Origin: an uncultured Armatimonadetes bacterium
GTDB lineage: Bacteria; Armatimonadota; UBA5829; DTJY01
Direction of reading: 5' to 3'
NCBI GenBank assembly: GCA_963717145.1
Contig: OY970325.1
Span: 3,104,001-3,168,000, forward strand
Length of the DNA: 64,000 nucleotides
Part shown: positions 1-8,293 of the stretch, in pieces
How positions within the stretch are numbered: position 1 is the stretch's first letter
Layout: each line of letters starts with the position of its first letter
Notes under the pieces: generated by a model
What the model was told of the DNA's origin: nothing
Seen by the model: the letters and a program-made list of their open reading frames with translations, nothing else
The model's database searches: none
Program-made: the position numbers and the translations under genes

Positions 1-1439
1 TACTTTGTGAGCGATGTCGTAGACAGTCTCGACCTTTCCGCGATATACGCCTCATACGAGAAAGAGGCCCGAGGAGCGCCGCCGTTCCATCCGGCAATGC
101 TTACAAAGATCATATTCTACGGTTTGTGCCGGGGAGTGTATTCATCTCGAAAGCTCTCCCTGGCCACGTATGAAGATGTAGCCTTCCGGGTGCTTGCGGC
201 AGGAAATCATCCCGACTTCCGCACGATAAGCGAGTTCAGGAAGAGGCATCTCAAGTCCCTTGCGGACCTGTTTGTGCAAGTGCTCAGGCTATGCGCAAGC
301 GCCGGGCTTGTGTCGATGAAACACATAGCCATAGACGGAACAAAGCTGCTTGCCAACGCAAGCAAGCACTCCGCCATGAGCTACTCTCGGATGGTCGAGA
401 AAGAAAAAGAGCTTCAGGCTGAGATCGAGGCGCTCCTTGCGAAGGGTCTTTCTGTGGACGACCAGGAAGACGCGGAATATGGTCTTGACCGCCGAGGAGA
501 CGAACTCCCGGAGGAACTCGCAACCAGAGAGAAGCGGCTCGCCAAGATCAGGGAAGCAAAAGAAGCGCTGGAGCGCGAGGCCAAAGAGCGAGCATCAGCC
601 GAAGAAGCGATGCGAGCCCAAGAGAAGGCGGAGCAGGAAGCATCCGGGAAGAAGCCTCGCGGCAGAGAGCCGGGGCCCGTAAAGACAGAGCCGGAAGGGA
701 AGGCACAGCGGAACTTCACAGACCCGGAAAGCCGGATAATGAAGGACGCAAAGAAAGCCTTCGTGCAGGCATACAACGGACAAGCTGCGGTAGACGCAGA
801 TCATCAGATTGTAGTGGCGTGTGATCTCACGAACCAGGCAGCGGACTCACCGCATCTTAGTGACATGATCGAGGCAATCAAGGAGAACACCGGAAAGAAA
901 CCGGAAGAACTATCCGCCGATGCCGGATACTTCAGCAGCGACAACATAGAGATGGTCGAGCAGCAAGGGATCGACGCTTATATACCGCCTGACAGACAAC
1001 GTCATGGCAAAGAGCCGACGGCGCCTTCCTGCCTTGATCCGGCAAAGCAATCCGCCGCAGATCGCCAGAGAGCAAAGCTCTTGACTCCTCTTGGCCGAAA
1101 GATCTACGGGAGGCGGAAGGAGACGGTAGAGCCGGTGTTCGGCCAGATCAAGAGCGCACGGAACTTCCGAGGCTTCCTACTCCGAGGCCTTGCGAAAGCG
1201 AAGTCGGAGTGGACGCTTGCGTGTCTTGGGCACAACATGCTGAAGCTATACCGATACGGCGACCGGAAATCGATCTTCGATACGTAGATATATGACCTGG
1301 ATCAGGCTGATTATCAAGGTACAAGGGGTCTTTACAGACCCTCGCCGGAAATCCGGCGAAAAACACTATCGAACAGCAGCCAGCGCGACCCCGCAGATGG
1401 GAAACTCACCCACATAGCGGGGAATTCTCAGACAGGCTG
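1..1439 (+). mobile_element. IS1182-family insertion sequence, copy 1 (5' end lies before the window)
   Basis: Near-identical to 27157-28744. Right end ...ATTCTCAGACAGGCTG at 1439 is followed by target tetramer CTAG (1440-1443). Confidence 0.92.
7..1287 (+). CDS. IS1182-family transposase (N-terminus truncated by window edge)
   Basis: GAPPFHPAML, GVYSSRKL, HPDFRTISEFRKRH, AIDGTK, ADAGY and RKETVEPVFGQIK motifs. Confidence 0.93.
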   Translation: MSDVVDSLDLSAIYASYEKEARGAPPFHPAMLTKIIFYGLCRGVYSSRKLSLATYEDVAFRVLAAGNHPDFRTISEFRKRHLKSLADLFVQVLRLCASAGLVSMKHIAIDGTKLLANASKHSAMSYSRMVEKEKELQAEIEALLAKGLSVDDQEDAEYGLDRRGDELPEELATREKRLAKIREAKEALEREAKERASAEEAMRAQEKAEQEASGKKPRGREPGPVKTEPEGKAQRNFTDPESRIMKDAKKAFVQAYNGQAAVDADHQIVVACDLTNQAADSPHLSDMIEAIKENTGKKPEELSADAGYFSSDNIEMVEQQGIDAYIPPDRQRHGKEPTAPSCLDPAKQSAADRQRAKLLTPLGRKIYGRRKETVEPVFGQIKSARNFRGFLLRGLAKAKSEWTLACLGHNMLKLYRYGDRKSIFDT

Positions 1440-1441
1440 CT

Positions 1442-2044
1442 AGGTATTCTGATGCCGAACCTCTACTCAAGCGCGCGCTGAGGATTCAGGAGGAGGCGCT
1501 CGGGCAGGATCATCCGGCTGCGGCCATGTGCCTCAACAACCTGGGATTGCTATACCTTAATCAGCACAGATCCCAAGATGCCGAACCGCTCTTGAGGCGG
1601 GCGCTGAGGATTTGGGAGAAAGCCTGCGGACCGGACCATCTCGATGTGGCCCGATGCCTTAACAACCTGGGAGTCCTTTGCAGCACAGAGCGTAGATTTC
1701 GGGAGGCCGAGTCGCTGCTTAAGCGGGCTCTGAAGATCAGGGAGAAAGCCCTCGGGCCGGATAATCTCCGTGTAGGCAAGTCCGTCAGCGATCTGGCAGG
1801 TTTTTACTACACGCAACGCAGATTCCGGGAAGCCGAACCGCTGGCCAGGCGTGCGCTAGAGATCGCCGAGAATGCGCTGGGCCCGGACCATCCGAATCTG
1901 GTATCATGTCTAAGTAACTACGCTACTCTCCTCCGAGATATGAAACGGCCGGCTGAGGCCCGGAAGTACGAGGAGCGCGCAAAAGCGATTCAAATGAGAT
2001 ACGAGAATACCGGATTGACCAGATACCCAGGTGACCGGGTCTAG
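1442..2044 (+). pseudogene. C-terminal fragment of a kinesin-light-chain-type TPR repeat protein, interrupted by IS1182
   Basis: Frame is open from 1442 (RYSDAEPLLKRALRIQEEALGQDHPAAAMCLNNLG...), with 42-aa AEPLxxRALxIxExALGPDHP repeats starting immediately after the IS CTAG. Confidence 0.85.
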
Positions 2045-2093
2045 CTCAGCACCCGGGTTCTGGGGCAGCGCAGATCATTTGGCGTCCTGCTGT

Positions 2094-2138
2094 AGGTGTT
2101 GGGTGTTGGGGCGCGCTGACACCCGACACCCAACACCT
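2094..2138. repeat. Inverted heptamer array (TGTTGGG)n...(CCCAACA)n hairpin between convergent genes
   Basis: AGGTGTTGGGTGTTGGGG-cgcg-CTGACACCCGACACCCAACACCT; same family at 3892-3950 and 40848-40876. Confidence 0.8.
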
Positions 2139-2143
2139 TCTGC

Positions 2144-3874
2144 TCAGTCCAACTCCAGGATCATATCGTCCGTCGAGCCGCCGGCGGGGATCATGGGGAG
2201 GACGTTCGCCTCGCGGGCGACGAGGAAGTCGATGAGGCACGGGCGGTCGGTGATCTTCATCGCCGCCTCGAGCGCCGGCATGATCTCCTCCGACTTGGTC
2301 ACCCGCAGCCCCTCCGCGCCGTATGCCTTCGCCAGCATCACGAAATCCGGCTGGCACGAGATGTCGGTCGAGGCGTATCGTCGGTCGTAGAAGATCTGCT
2401 GCCACTGACGCACCATGCCGAGGTAGCCGTTGTTGAAGAGCGCGATCTTGATCGGCAGGCGCTGCTCGACCGCCGTCATCAGCTCCTGGTTGTTCATCAG
2501 GATGCTCCCGTCGCCCGCGATGACGAACACAGTCGCGTCCGGCATCCCCATCTGCGCGCCGATCGCCGCCGGGAGTCCGTAGCCCATCGTGCCGAGCCCG
2601 CCGCTGGAGAGGAACTGCCTCGGGCGCTTGGTCAGGATGCTCTGCGCGGCCCACATCTGGTGCTGGCCCACGTCGGTGCAGACGATGGCTGAGGGGGAAT
2701 GGTTGATGGTTGATGGTTCATGGTTGATGGGGGATGGGGGATCGATGATCGCGTTGATCGCGTCGAAGATCTCCTGCGGCATGATCCGATCGCCGTCTGA
2801 GGGCTGCCGAGTCACATGAGTCTTCTTCCAATGGGCCAACTGCTTGATCCACTCGACGTGTTTCGCCTCACGCACCTTCGTCCCGAGCGAGTGGAGGATG
2901 TTCTTCGCGTCGCCCACTATCGGGACCGTCGGGCGGCGCATCTTGCCGATCTCCGCCGGATCGACGTCGATGTGGACGATCTGTGCCTCGGGCGCGAAGG
3001 CCGATGTCTTGCCGGTGGATCGATCGCTGAACCGCATCCCGACCGCGATGAGGAGGTCGCACCCCTTCGCCGCGTGGTTGGCATAGGGCGAGCCGTGCAT
3101 GCCGAGCATCCCGAGGTTCATCGGATCGCCGTCGGGGAACGCGCCCTTGCCCATGAGCGTGTAGACAACCGGCATGTTTGCCTTCTCCATCAGCCGCCTC
3201 AACTCGCCCGACGCATCGGCGGCGATCACTCCTCCGCCGGCGATGATGAGCGGTCTCTCGGCGGCGTCGATCAGCGCGACCGCCTTCTTGATCTGGCCCG
3301 GGTGGCCGATGACGGTCGGCTTGTACCCGAGCATGTTGATCTTCGGCGGGCGCTCGTACTCGATCTCGGCGAAGGAGAGGTCGAGCGGGATGTCGATCAG
3401 CACCGGGCCGGGACGACCGGTCGAGGCGACGTGGAACGCCTCCTGCACGACCGCCGGGATCTCGCTGACGTCCTTCACGAGGTAGTTGTGCTTCACGATC
3501 GGATCGGTGACGCCGGTGGTGTCGGCCTCCTGGAACGCATCGGTGCCGAGCTTGAACGTGGCGACCTGGCCGGTGATCGCGACCATCGGCACGGAGTCCA
3601 TGTAGGCGGTCGCGATCCCGCAGACGAGGTTGAGCGCGCCGGGACCGGACGTGGCGAGGCAGACCCCCACCCTTCCGGTCGCGCGGGCATATCCATCCGC
3701 CGCGTGGGCCGCTCCCTGCTCATGGCGTACAAGGACATGGTGGATCTTGCCCTCCATCAACACGTCATGGATCGGGATCGTGGCCGCGCCCGGGTAGCCG
3801 AATATGATCTCGACTCCCTCGTCCGCGAGCGCCTCGATGAGCACCCGAGCGCCGTTCATCTTTTCACCTGTCAT
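2144..3874 (-). CDS. ilvB: Acetolactate synthase large (catalytic) subunit
   Basis: FGYPGAA, VRHEQGAAHAADGYARATG, TSGPGA, DVGQHQMWAAQ, SGGLGTMGYGLPAAIG, GDGS...NNGYLGMVRQWQ; GGAGGA RBS. Confidence 0.96.
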   Translation of the reverse strand: MTGEKMNGARVLIEALADEGVEIIFGYPGAATIPIHDVLMEGKIHHVLVRHEQGAAHAADGYARATGRVGVCLATSGPGALNLVCGIATAYMDSVPMVAITGQVATFKLGTDAFQEADTTGVTDPIVKHNYLVKDVSEIPAVVQEAFHVASTGRPGPVLIDIPLDLSFAEIEYERPPKINMLGYKPTVIGHPGQIKKAVALIDAAERPLIIAGGGVIAADASGELRRLMEKANMPVVYTLMGKGAFPDGDPMNLGMLGMHGSPYANHAAKGCDLLIAVGMRFSDRSTGKTSAFAPEAQIVHIDVDPAEIGKMRRPTVPIVGDAKNILHSLGTKVREAKHVEWIKQLAHWKKTHVTRQPSDGDRIMPQEIFDAINAIIDPPSPINHEPSTINHSPSAIVCTDVGQHQMWAAQSILTKRPRQFLSSGGLGTMGYGLPAAIGAQMGMPDATVFVIAGDGSILMNNQELMTAVEQRLPIKIALFNNGYLGMVRQWQQIFYDRRYASTDISCQPDFVMLAKAYGAEGLRVTKSEEIMPALEAAMKITDRPCLIDFLVAREANVLPMIPAGGSTDDMILELD

Positions 3875-3891
3875 GTGCATTCCTCCGAAAA

Positions 3892-3950
3892 AGGTATTAG
3901 GTGTTGGGTGTTAGGTGTTAGGGTGCCCCAACACCCAACACCTAACACCC
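3892..3950. repeat. Inverted heptamer array (TGTTRGG)n...(CCYAACA)n in the ilvB 5' UTR
   Basis: AGGTATTAGGTGTTGGGTGTTAGGTGTTAGGG-tg-CCCCAACACCCAACACCTAACACCC. Confidence 0.8.
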
Positions 3951-3963
3951 ACAACCCCCATGC

Positions 3964-3999
3964 AAAAAGCCCCTCATCCCCTAGCAGGGACGAGAGGCT
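3964..3999 (-). terminator. Intrinsic terminator of the T-box leader
   Basis: AGCCTCTCGTCCCTGCTAGGGGATGAGGGGCTTTTT: GC stem plus U-tract. Confidence 0.8.
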
Positions 4000-4121
4000 C
4001 TTGAACCTTTCGTGGTACCACCCCGATTCGCCAATGCCTCACGGCACCAACCTTCACGGGCACTTGGATCTGATCCGCATGCCACGGTCCTGTAACGGGA
4101 ACCACCCGGGGGAGACTACTC

Positions 4122-4194
4122 GGTGATCAGTGATCGGTGATCGGTGATCGGTGATCGGTTTTACTGATTACCGATAACTGATCACTGATGACTG
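4122..4194. repeat. Inverted heptamer array (GGTGATC)n...(RCYGATN)n inside T-box stem II
   Basis: GGTGATCAGTGATCGGTGATCGGTGATCGGTGATCGG-tttt-ACTGATTACCGATAACTGATCACTGATGACTG. Confidence 0.8.
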
Positions 4195-4335
4195 CTTTTC
4201 GTCCGCCCGGCTCGGAGGCGACATTCGACCTGCTTTCGGATGCCGGCTCTCAGCAACCCGGCTCTCTGGAATCGCTCCGGCAGGTCTACTCTTCCTCGTC
4301 AACGCCATTCGTGGGCCTATGCGATTGTTAGCCGA

Positions 4336-4365
4336 AATATACCACACCCCTGGCTGAATTGTCAA
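4336..4365 (-). promoter_or_regulatory. Sigma70-type promoter of the T-box/ilvB transcript
   Basis: TTGACA-18 nt-TATATT, with TG just upstream of the -10 box. Confidence 0.65.
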
Positions 4366-4528
4366 CCTCTCGACTACTCCCCAAGGGTCGCACCGCCTGC
4401 ACATCGCAGGTTTAAGACATCAGGAGTTCGCGCATAATCCTAACACAAGTGCCGGTTGCCCGGCGTAGGCTGAACCGCTACAGGTGATGCCGTCTTCGGC
4501 AGTAACCTGGGAGAGGATGGGAATTACT

Positions 4529-5095
4529 ATGGCCAATAACAAGCAACTGACCGATGAAGACGTAGATGAGATTGTCGAGGAGGCAGTCGATGAGGCAGTC
4601 GATGCCTCGATAGAGCGTGACGTGGCGGTCAATGTCGCCGCACGTGCGACGGCGAACGAGGCCGCCGCCAGGGAGGTCGCAAGGGAGCAGGCAGTGGCTG
4701 CCCACAGCGCTGAGGCGAAGGCAGCCGAGATGAACGCTCTCAGGCATGCCGCAAATGCCAGGGCGAACCAGGAGGCGGCGAGCGCCGAGACCTCGAGGTT
4801 CGGATTGTACCTCGTGCTCGCGCTTATCCTGGTGGCGCTCGTTGTTACGGCGGTGTGGCTCGCGACTCGAACGCCGGAGACGACCGTGATCACCCCGGAT
4901 GTGTCCGTCCCAGGACAGTCCCAGCAAGTCCCGGTAACGCCGCCGATTGAGACACCCGCGCCGCCTCCCGTGATCCAGGGCGCACCGGGCCCTCAAGGAC
5001 CTGCGGGAGCGCCGGGGGCTCAGGGACCCGTGGGAGCACCTGCTCCTGCGCAGCCGGCTGCTCCGGAGACCCCGGCAGCGCCGAGCGACCAGTAA
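4529..5095 (+). CDS. Membrane protein with Ala/Glu-rich N-terminus, one TM helix and Pro-rich collagen-like tail
   Basis: TM LYLVLALILVALVVTAVWL; GAPGPQGPAGAPGAQGPVGAP triplets. Confidence 0.7.
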   Translation: MANNKQLTDEDVDEIVEEAVDEAVDASIERDVAVNVAARATANEAAAREVAREQAVAAHSAEAKAAEMNALRHAANARANQEAASAETSRFGLYLVLALILVALVVTAVWLATRTPETTVITPDVSVPGQSQQVPVTPPIETPAPPPVIQGAPGPQGPAGAPGAQGPVGAPAPAQPAAPETPAAPSDQ

Positions 5096-5173
5096 CCCGA
5101 GCCTGAGCCCGGACCTATTGGGCAAACAATGCGGGCTGGTTGCCGGCCCGACTATTGAAAGGAGATCAACAAC

Positions 5174-5464
5174 ATGAACGTTAACACAGAAGGCTCCCCA
5201 TCGAGTGAGAGTTCTGCATGGGCAGCGATAGTGGTCGTCCTGCTGGTGGTCATCGCCATTCTGATGATCGGCTACTTCGCCTGGTATGTCCCGAGCCGGC
5301 AGAACACCATCGTAATAACGCCACCGGTGGAAACGCAGCAAGCGCAGCCGCCGATCCAGATTCAGCCGGGTGCGCCTGGTCCCCAGGGACCTGCCGGTCA
5401 GCCTGGGCCTCAAGGACCCGCCACAGAGCCGGCCCCGCCGCCAAAGACCCCGGCCGGCGAATGA
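5174..5464 (+). CDS. Small membrane protein with collagen-like Gly-X-Y tail (paralogous to the upstream C-terminus)
   Basis: AAAGGAG RBS; TM segment; TIVITPPVET...GAPGPQGPAGQPGPQGP. Confidence 0.7.
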   Translation: MNVNTEGSPSSESSAWAAIVVVLLVVIAILMIGYFAWYVPSRQNTIVITPPVETQQAQPPIQIQPGAPGPQGPAGQPGPQGPATEPAPPPKTPAGE

Positions 5465-5513
5465 TGAGTCGGGCATCGGCCCTGTTGTTTATTGACGAAG
5501 GAGGTAACAACAG

Positions 5514-5663
5514 ATGATATGGACCATATTCGTGATCCTGGTCATCCTTTGGCTGCTCGGCTTCCTCGGGCATGTCGGCGGAAACCTGATTCACATTCTA
5601 CTGGTCGTTGCGCTGATCGTAGTGATATACAATCTGCTGACCGGTAGGAGAGGCGGATCTTGA
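5514..5663 (+). CDS. lmo0937/DUF5670-like 49-aa membrane protein (absent from ORF track)
   Basis: AAGGAGGT RBS; MIWTIFVILVILWLLGFLGHVGGNLIHILLVVALIVVIYNLLTGRRGGS*. Confidence 0.8.
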   Translation: MIWTIFVILVILWLLGFLGHVGGNLIHILLVVALIVVIYNLLTGRRGGS

Positions 5664-5704
5664 GAGCCTCTGACATCAACTCACCAGGAAAAGAGGTTAT
5701 AGCG

Positions 5705-6223
5705 ATGTTACGATATGCCAACCGTGGCCCGATTGGGCTCAGAGCGATTCTGCCGGTTCTGGGGCTGTTGTCGCTCGCATTGTCGATGGTGATGCTAACG
5801 GGCTGCGCAAAGCAGTCGTCCGAGGCAACTGCGGAGATGCGCGACATCATCGCGTATCTCCCGGCCGAGGGAACGGTCGTCGCCCCGGCGTCGGCTCGGG
5901 CGGACATCTATTCCCCTTACACCGTGCCCGTGGACAAGATAAACGTGACCGTGGGGAAGAGCGTCCGCCGTGGGGAGGTGCTGATCGTCTTCTCCGCCCC
6001 GCAGAACGAGGCGTACTACGACCAGGCGACCGCGACGCTTGCTGCGGCCAAGAAGTCGCTGGATCACGCCCGCAGTCAGTTCAGCCAGGAACTCAAGGCC
6101 GCCCAGAAGCAGCTCGCGTTGTCCCGCTCGACCGAGAGGAAGGCAAAGGCGACTCCCCCGGACGATCCCTATGCTGACACCGGCGTACCATCAGCGAACC
6201 GCAGGCCGACGAACAGGCGGTGA
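5705..6223 (+). CDS. Efflux RND/MFP periplasmic adaptor lipoprotein, N-terminal part (frameshift ~6180-6200)
   Basis: Lipobox LTGC; VDKINVTVGKSVRRGEVL lipoyl half-motif; continues in the 6220 frame. Confidence 0.75.
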   Translation: MLRYANRGPIGLRAILPVLGLLSLALSMVMLTGCAKQSSEATAEMRDIIAYLPAEGTVVAPASARADIYSPYTVPVDKINVTVGKSVRRGEVLIVFSAPQNEAYYDQATATLAAAKKSLDHARSQFSQELKAAQKQLALSRSTERKAKATPPDDPYADTGVPSANRRPTNRR

Positions 6224-6861
6224 TCGACGCTCAGGCCAGGATGGCCGAAGGAATGGTCCCGTACCAGCAGGCCGTGGTTGCGGCCCAGGAGCAGTTCGAT
6301 GCGGCAAAGGCCGGCAGCAAGTCCGCACAGGTCACATCACCGATCACCGGCACAGTTCTCGCGGTGAACGTCACCGTGGGGCAGACGCCCAATCCGGAGC
6401 ACAAGAAGCCGCTGGTTACGGTGGTGAACCTGGAGGCTCTGAAGGTCGCGGCCGGAGTCGCGGAAGACCAACTGAGCCTGCTCAAGCCGAAGAACCCGGC
6501 CCTCGTGACGATCAAGGAAGTGCCGAACGTGGAGTTCGCCGGTTCGCTGGATGAGATCTACTCGGAGAAGGCCGGCTTCCTGCGTGGGAAGAAGTACGTG
6601 GCCCTCATGGACTTCAGAAACACCAACGGCCAGGCGAAACCGGGCATGGAGGCGACGGTCTCGATCAAGATCGGCGAGGTACACGATGTGCTTGCCGTGC
6701 CCGCCAACGCGGTGTACGAGGTGGACAAGCAGTACGCGGTCAAGCTGAAGAATGGCAAGGAATGGGCTCAGACGATCGTCGAGATCGGCCTGAGCGACGG
6801 CGAGTACACGCAGATCAAGTCAGGCATCAAAGAGGGCGACATAGTGAAGACCAACCCGTGA
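6220..6861 (+). CDS. Efflux RND/MFP periplasmic adaptor, C-terminal part
   Basis: VTSPITGTVLAVNV, AKPGMEATV, LAVPANAV, EIGLSDGEYTQIKSGIKEGD. Confidence 0.78.
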   Translation: MIDAQARMAEGMVPYQQAVVAAQEQFDAAKAGSKSAQVTSPITGTVLAVNVTVGQTPNPEHKKPLVTVVNLEALKVAAGVAEDQLSLLKPKNPALVTIKEVPNVEFAGSLDEIYSEKAGFLRGKKYVALMDFRNTNGQAKPGMEATVSIKIGEVHDVLAVPANAVYEVDKQYAVKLKNGKEWAQTIVEIGLSDGEYTQIKSGIKEGDIVKTNP

Positions 6862-6872
6862 TCGCAGCGCAA

Positions 6873-6968
6873 GATGTCCCCCTTACGAAGGGGGACCGGC
6901 CTCCGAGCGAGGACGCGGACGGAGATGTCCCCCTTACGAAGGGGGACCGGCCTCTGGGCCGAGGGGGT
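6873..6968. repeat. Tandem pair of REP-like palindromes GATGTCCCCCTTACGAAGGGGGACCGGCCTC
   Basis: Two direct copies; a reverse-complement copy with the TGGGCCGAGGGGGTT extension lies at ~29939-29984. Confidence 0.8.
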
Positions 6969-7002
6969 TTATGTTCGAGTCGCCAATCCCGTCGCACACA
7001 TA

Positions 7003-7048
7003 AGAAGGGGATGCCGGTCATCAGACCGGCATCCCCTCCCCGTTTTGT
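7003..7048. terminator. Probable bidirectional terminator
   Basis: AGGGGATGCCGGTC-atca-GACCGGCATCCCCT perfect 14-bp stem between convergent genes. Confidence 0.7.
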
Positions 7049-7065
7049 TCTTGTTCTTCTCTGCC

Positions 7066-7734
7066 CTACGCCGCGATCGTAGCCGTCTCCAGCTCACCCC
7101 ACTGGCCCGCCTCGCGCTTGCCGTAGAGCCACCGCATCTTGTAATGCGCCTGCTTGTTGCCGTCCTCCGGTAGGAAGGTCACGACGAACGGCCGCGGGGA
7201 AGCCAGTCCGACGTAGCGCATTTCGCTGACATCGGCGGGGGCCGTGCCGACCTTGACCCAGACCTCCGCGCCGGTCGCGCCCTCGGGCATCGCCTTGGTC
7301 GTGCCGCTCTCACCCTGGTTCTCGACCCGGAGCGTATGCCTCAGAAGCCCCCGGATGTCGATCAGGGCCGACGGCCTGTCGGGCAATGCTTCGACATCGA
7401 GGGCCATCTGCCCGGCGCCGCGCGCGGGGATCTCCAATGCCTCGCGGTCCTGGCTCGTCGTCGCGGGATTCGCCTGAATGCGCCCGATGAGCTGTCTGGC
7501 GAGCTGCTCCGCGGTCGCGCGCTTCACCTGCTTGTCGGCGGATGCGACCTTCGCGGCGTTGCGCGCCTCATCGAAGGCGACGCGCGCGGCACTGAACTCA
7601 GGCTCGGCGGTGGACAGCGGGATAAGATCGGCCGCCACCAGGCCGAAGTGCGCCAGGTTCGCGCCCACGTAGGTGGTAACGCGGCTGATCCAGAGCTGGA
7701 ACGCCACGTCGTTGGCTGGAACATAATCACCCAT
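7066..7734 (-). CDS. Hypothetical protein (helical N-domain, Ig/Fn3-like C-domain)
   Basis: AAGGAGG RBS; MGDYVPANDVAFQLW...; C-terminal YKMRWLYGKREAGQWGE. Confidence 0.7.
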   Translation of the reverse strand: MGDYVPANDVAFQLWISRVTTYVGANLAHFGLVAADLIPLSTAEPEFSAARVAFDEARNAAKVASADKQVKRATAEQLARQLIGRIQANPATTSQDREALEIPARGAGQMALDVEALPDRPSALIDIRGLLRHTLRVENQGESGTTKAMPEGATGAEVWVKVGTAPADVSEMRYVGLASPRPFVVTFLPEDGNKQAHYKMRWLYGKREAGQWGELETATIAA

Positions 7735-8002
7735 GATCATGTCCTCCTTGTTTGAATAGGCCGCCGGCCACCGATTCGGCAGGATCAGCCCGAGATGTGG
7801 CGGCAGACCGATGGTCTGCTCGCTGGTACCATTATCGGTAAGCGGTTTTCGAATCTCTAGCCAAACAGTGCGAGTTGTGGAACAATGATGTATGAATATT
7901 GCCACTCCTCCGACGAGGAGACGCCTTATTCCTTACCTGGCAGAGACTGGCATGCATATGGGCGTACAAGGGGAAGGCGCGCTCCCGGACGACGTTCCGA
8001 GG

Positions 8003-8167
8003 CTCGCAGGTGTCACCTCCGGGCCCGGAGTCGAGGCCCCGGAACTCGCAGGTGTCACCTCCGGGCCCGGAGTCGTCGTCCCGGAACTCGCAGGCCTCAC
8101 CTCCGGCCACGGAGTCGTCGCCCCGGAACTCGCAGGCGTCACCTCCGGCCCTGGAGTCGTCGCCCCT
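8003..8167. repeat. Four tandem 42-bp repeats (CTCGCAGGTGTCACCTCCGGGCCCGGAGTCGTCGCCCCGGAA-like)
   Basis: Four contiguous, slightly diverged units with an internal CTCCGG..CCGGAG palindrome; no unique spacers. Confidence 0.85.
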
Positions 8168-8293
8168 GCCCGCTTGAGGCATGCCGCCGAAGGGACAGAT
8201 CAGTAGTTGACAGCCCTCAGGGCATCCTGATAGACTGCCCGTGTAAGCCGATCCACAATAAGCACCACTACCGCCCACCGCTGAGGCACAGAG

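Larger units (their letters stand above)
3964..4306 (-). ncRNA. T-box riboswitch (predicted Val specifier GUC) controlling ilvB
   Basis: Minus strand has stem I with GAGGAAGAGUAG, CAGAGAG and GCUGAGA boxes; specifier loop GAAU-GUC-G (4220-4222); stem II GAA...AGUA; CCGUUAC F-box; T-box AAUCGGGGUGGUACCACG (4011-4028); then a terminator. Confidence 0.88.

Noticed and set aside
2816-4126. Long antisense or alternative-frame ORFs (also 20045-21472, 38541-39833, 43830-45038, 58020-59150)
   Set aside because: Shadow ORFs of high-GC genes, with no motifs, overlapping well-supported CDSs.
8003-8167. Possible CRISPR array (42-bp period, palindromic core)
   Set aside because: Units are contiguous with no unique spacers, and no cas genes are in the window.
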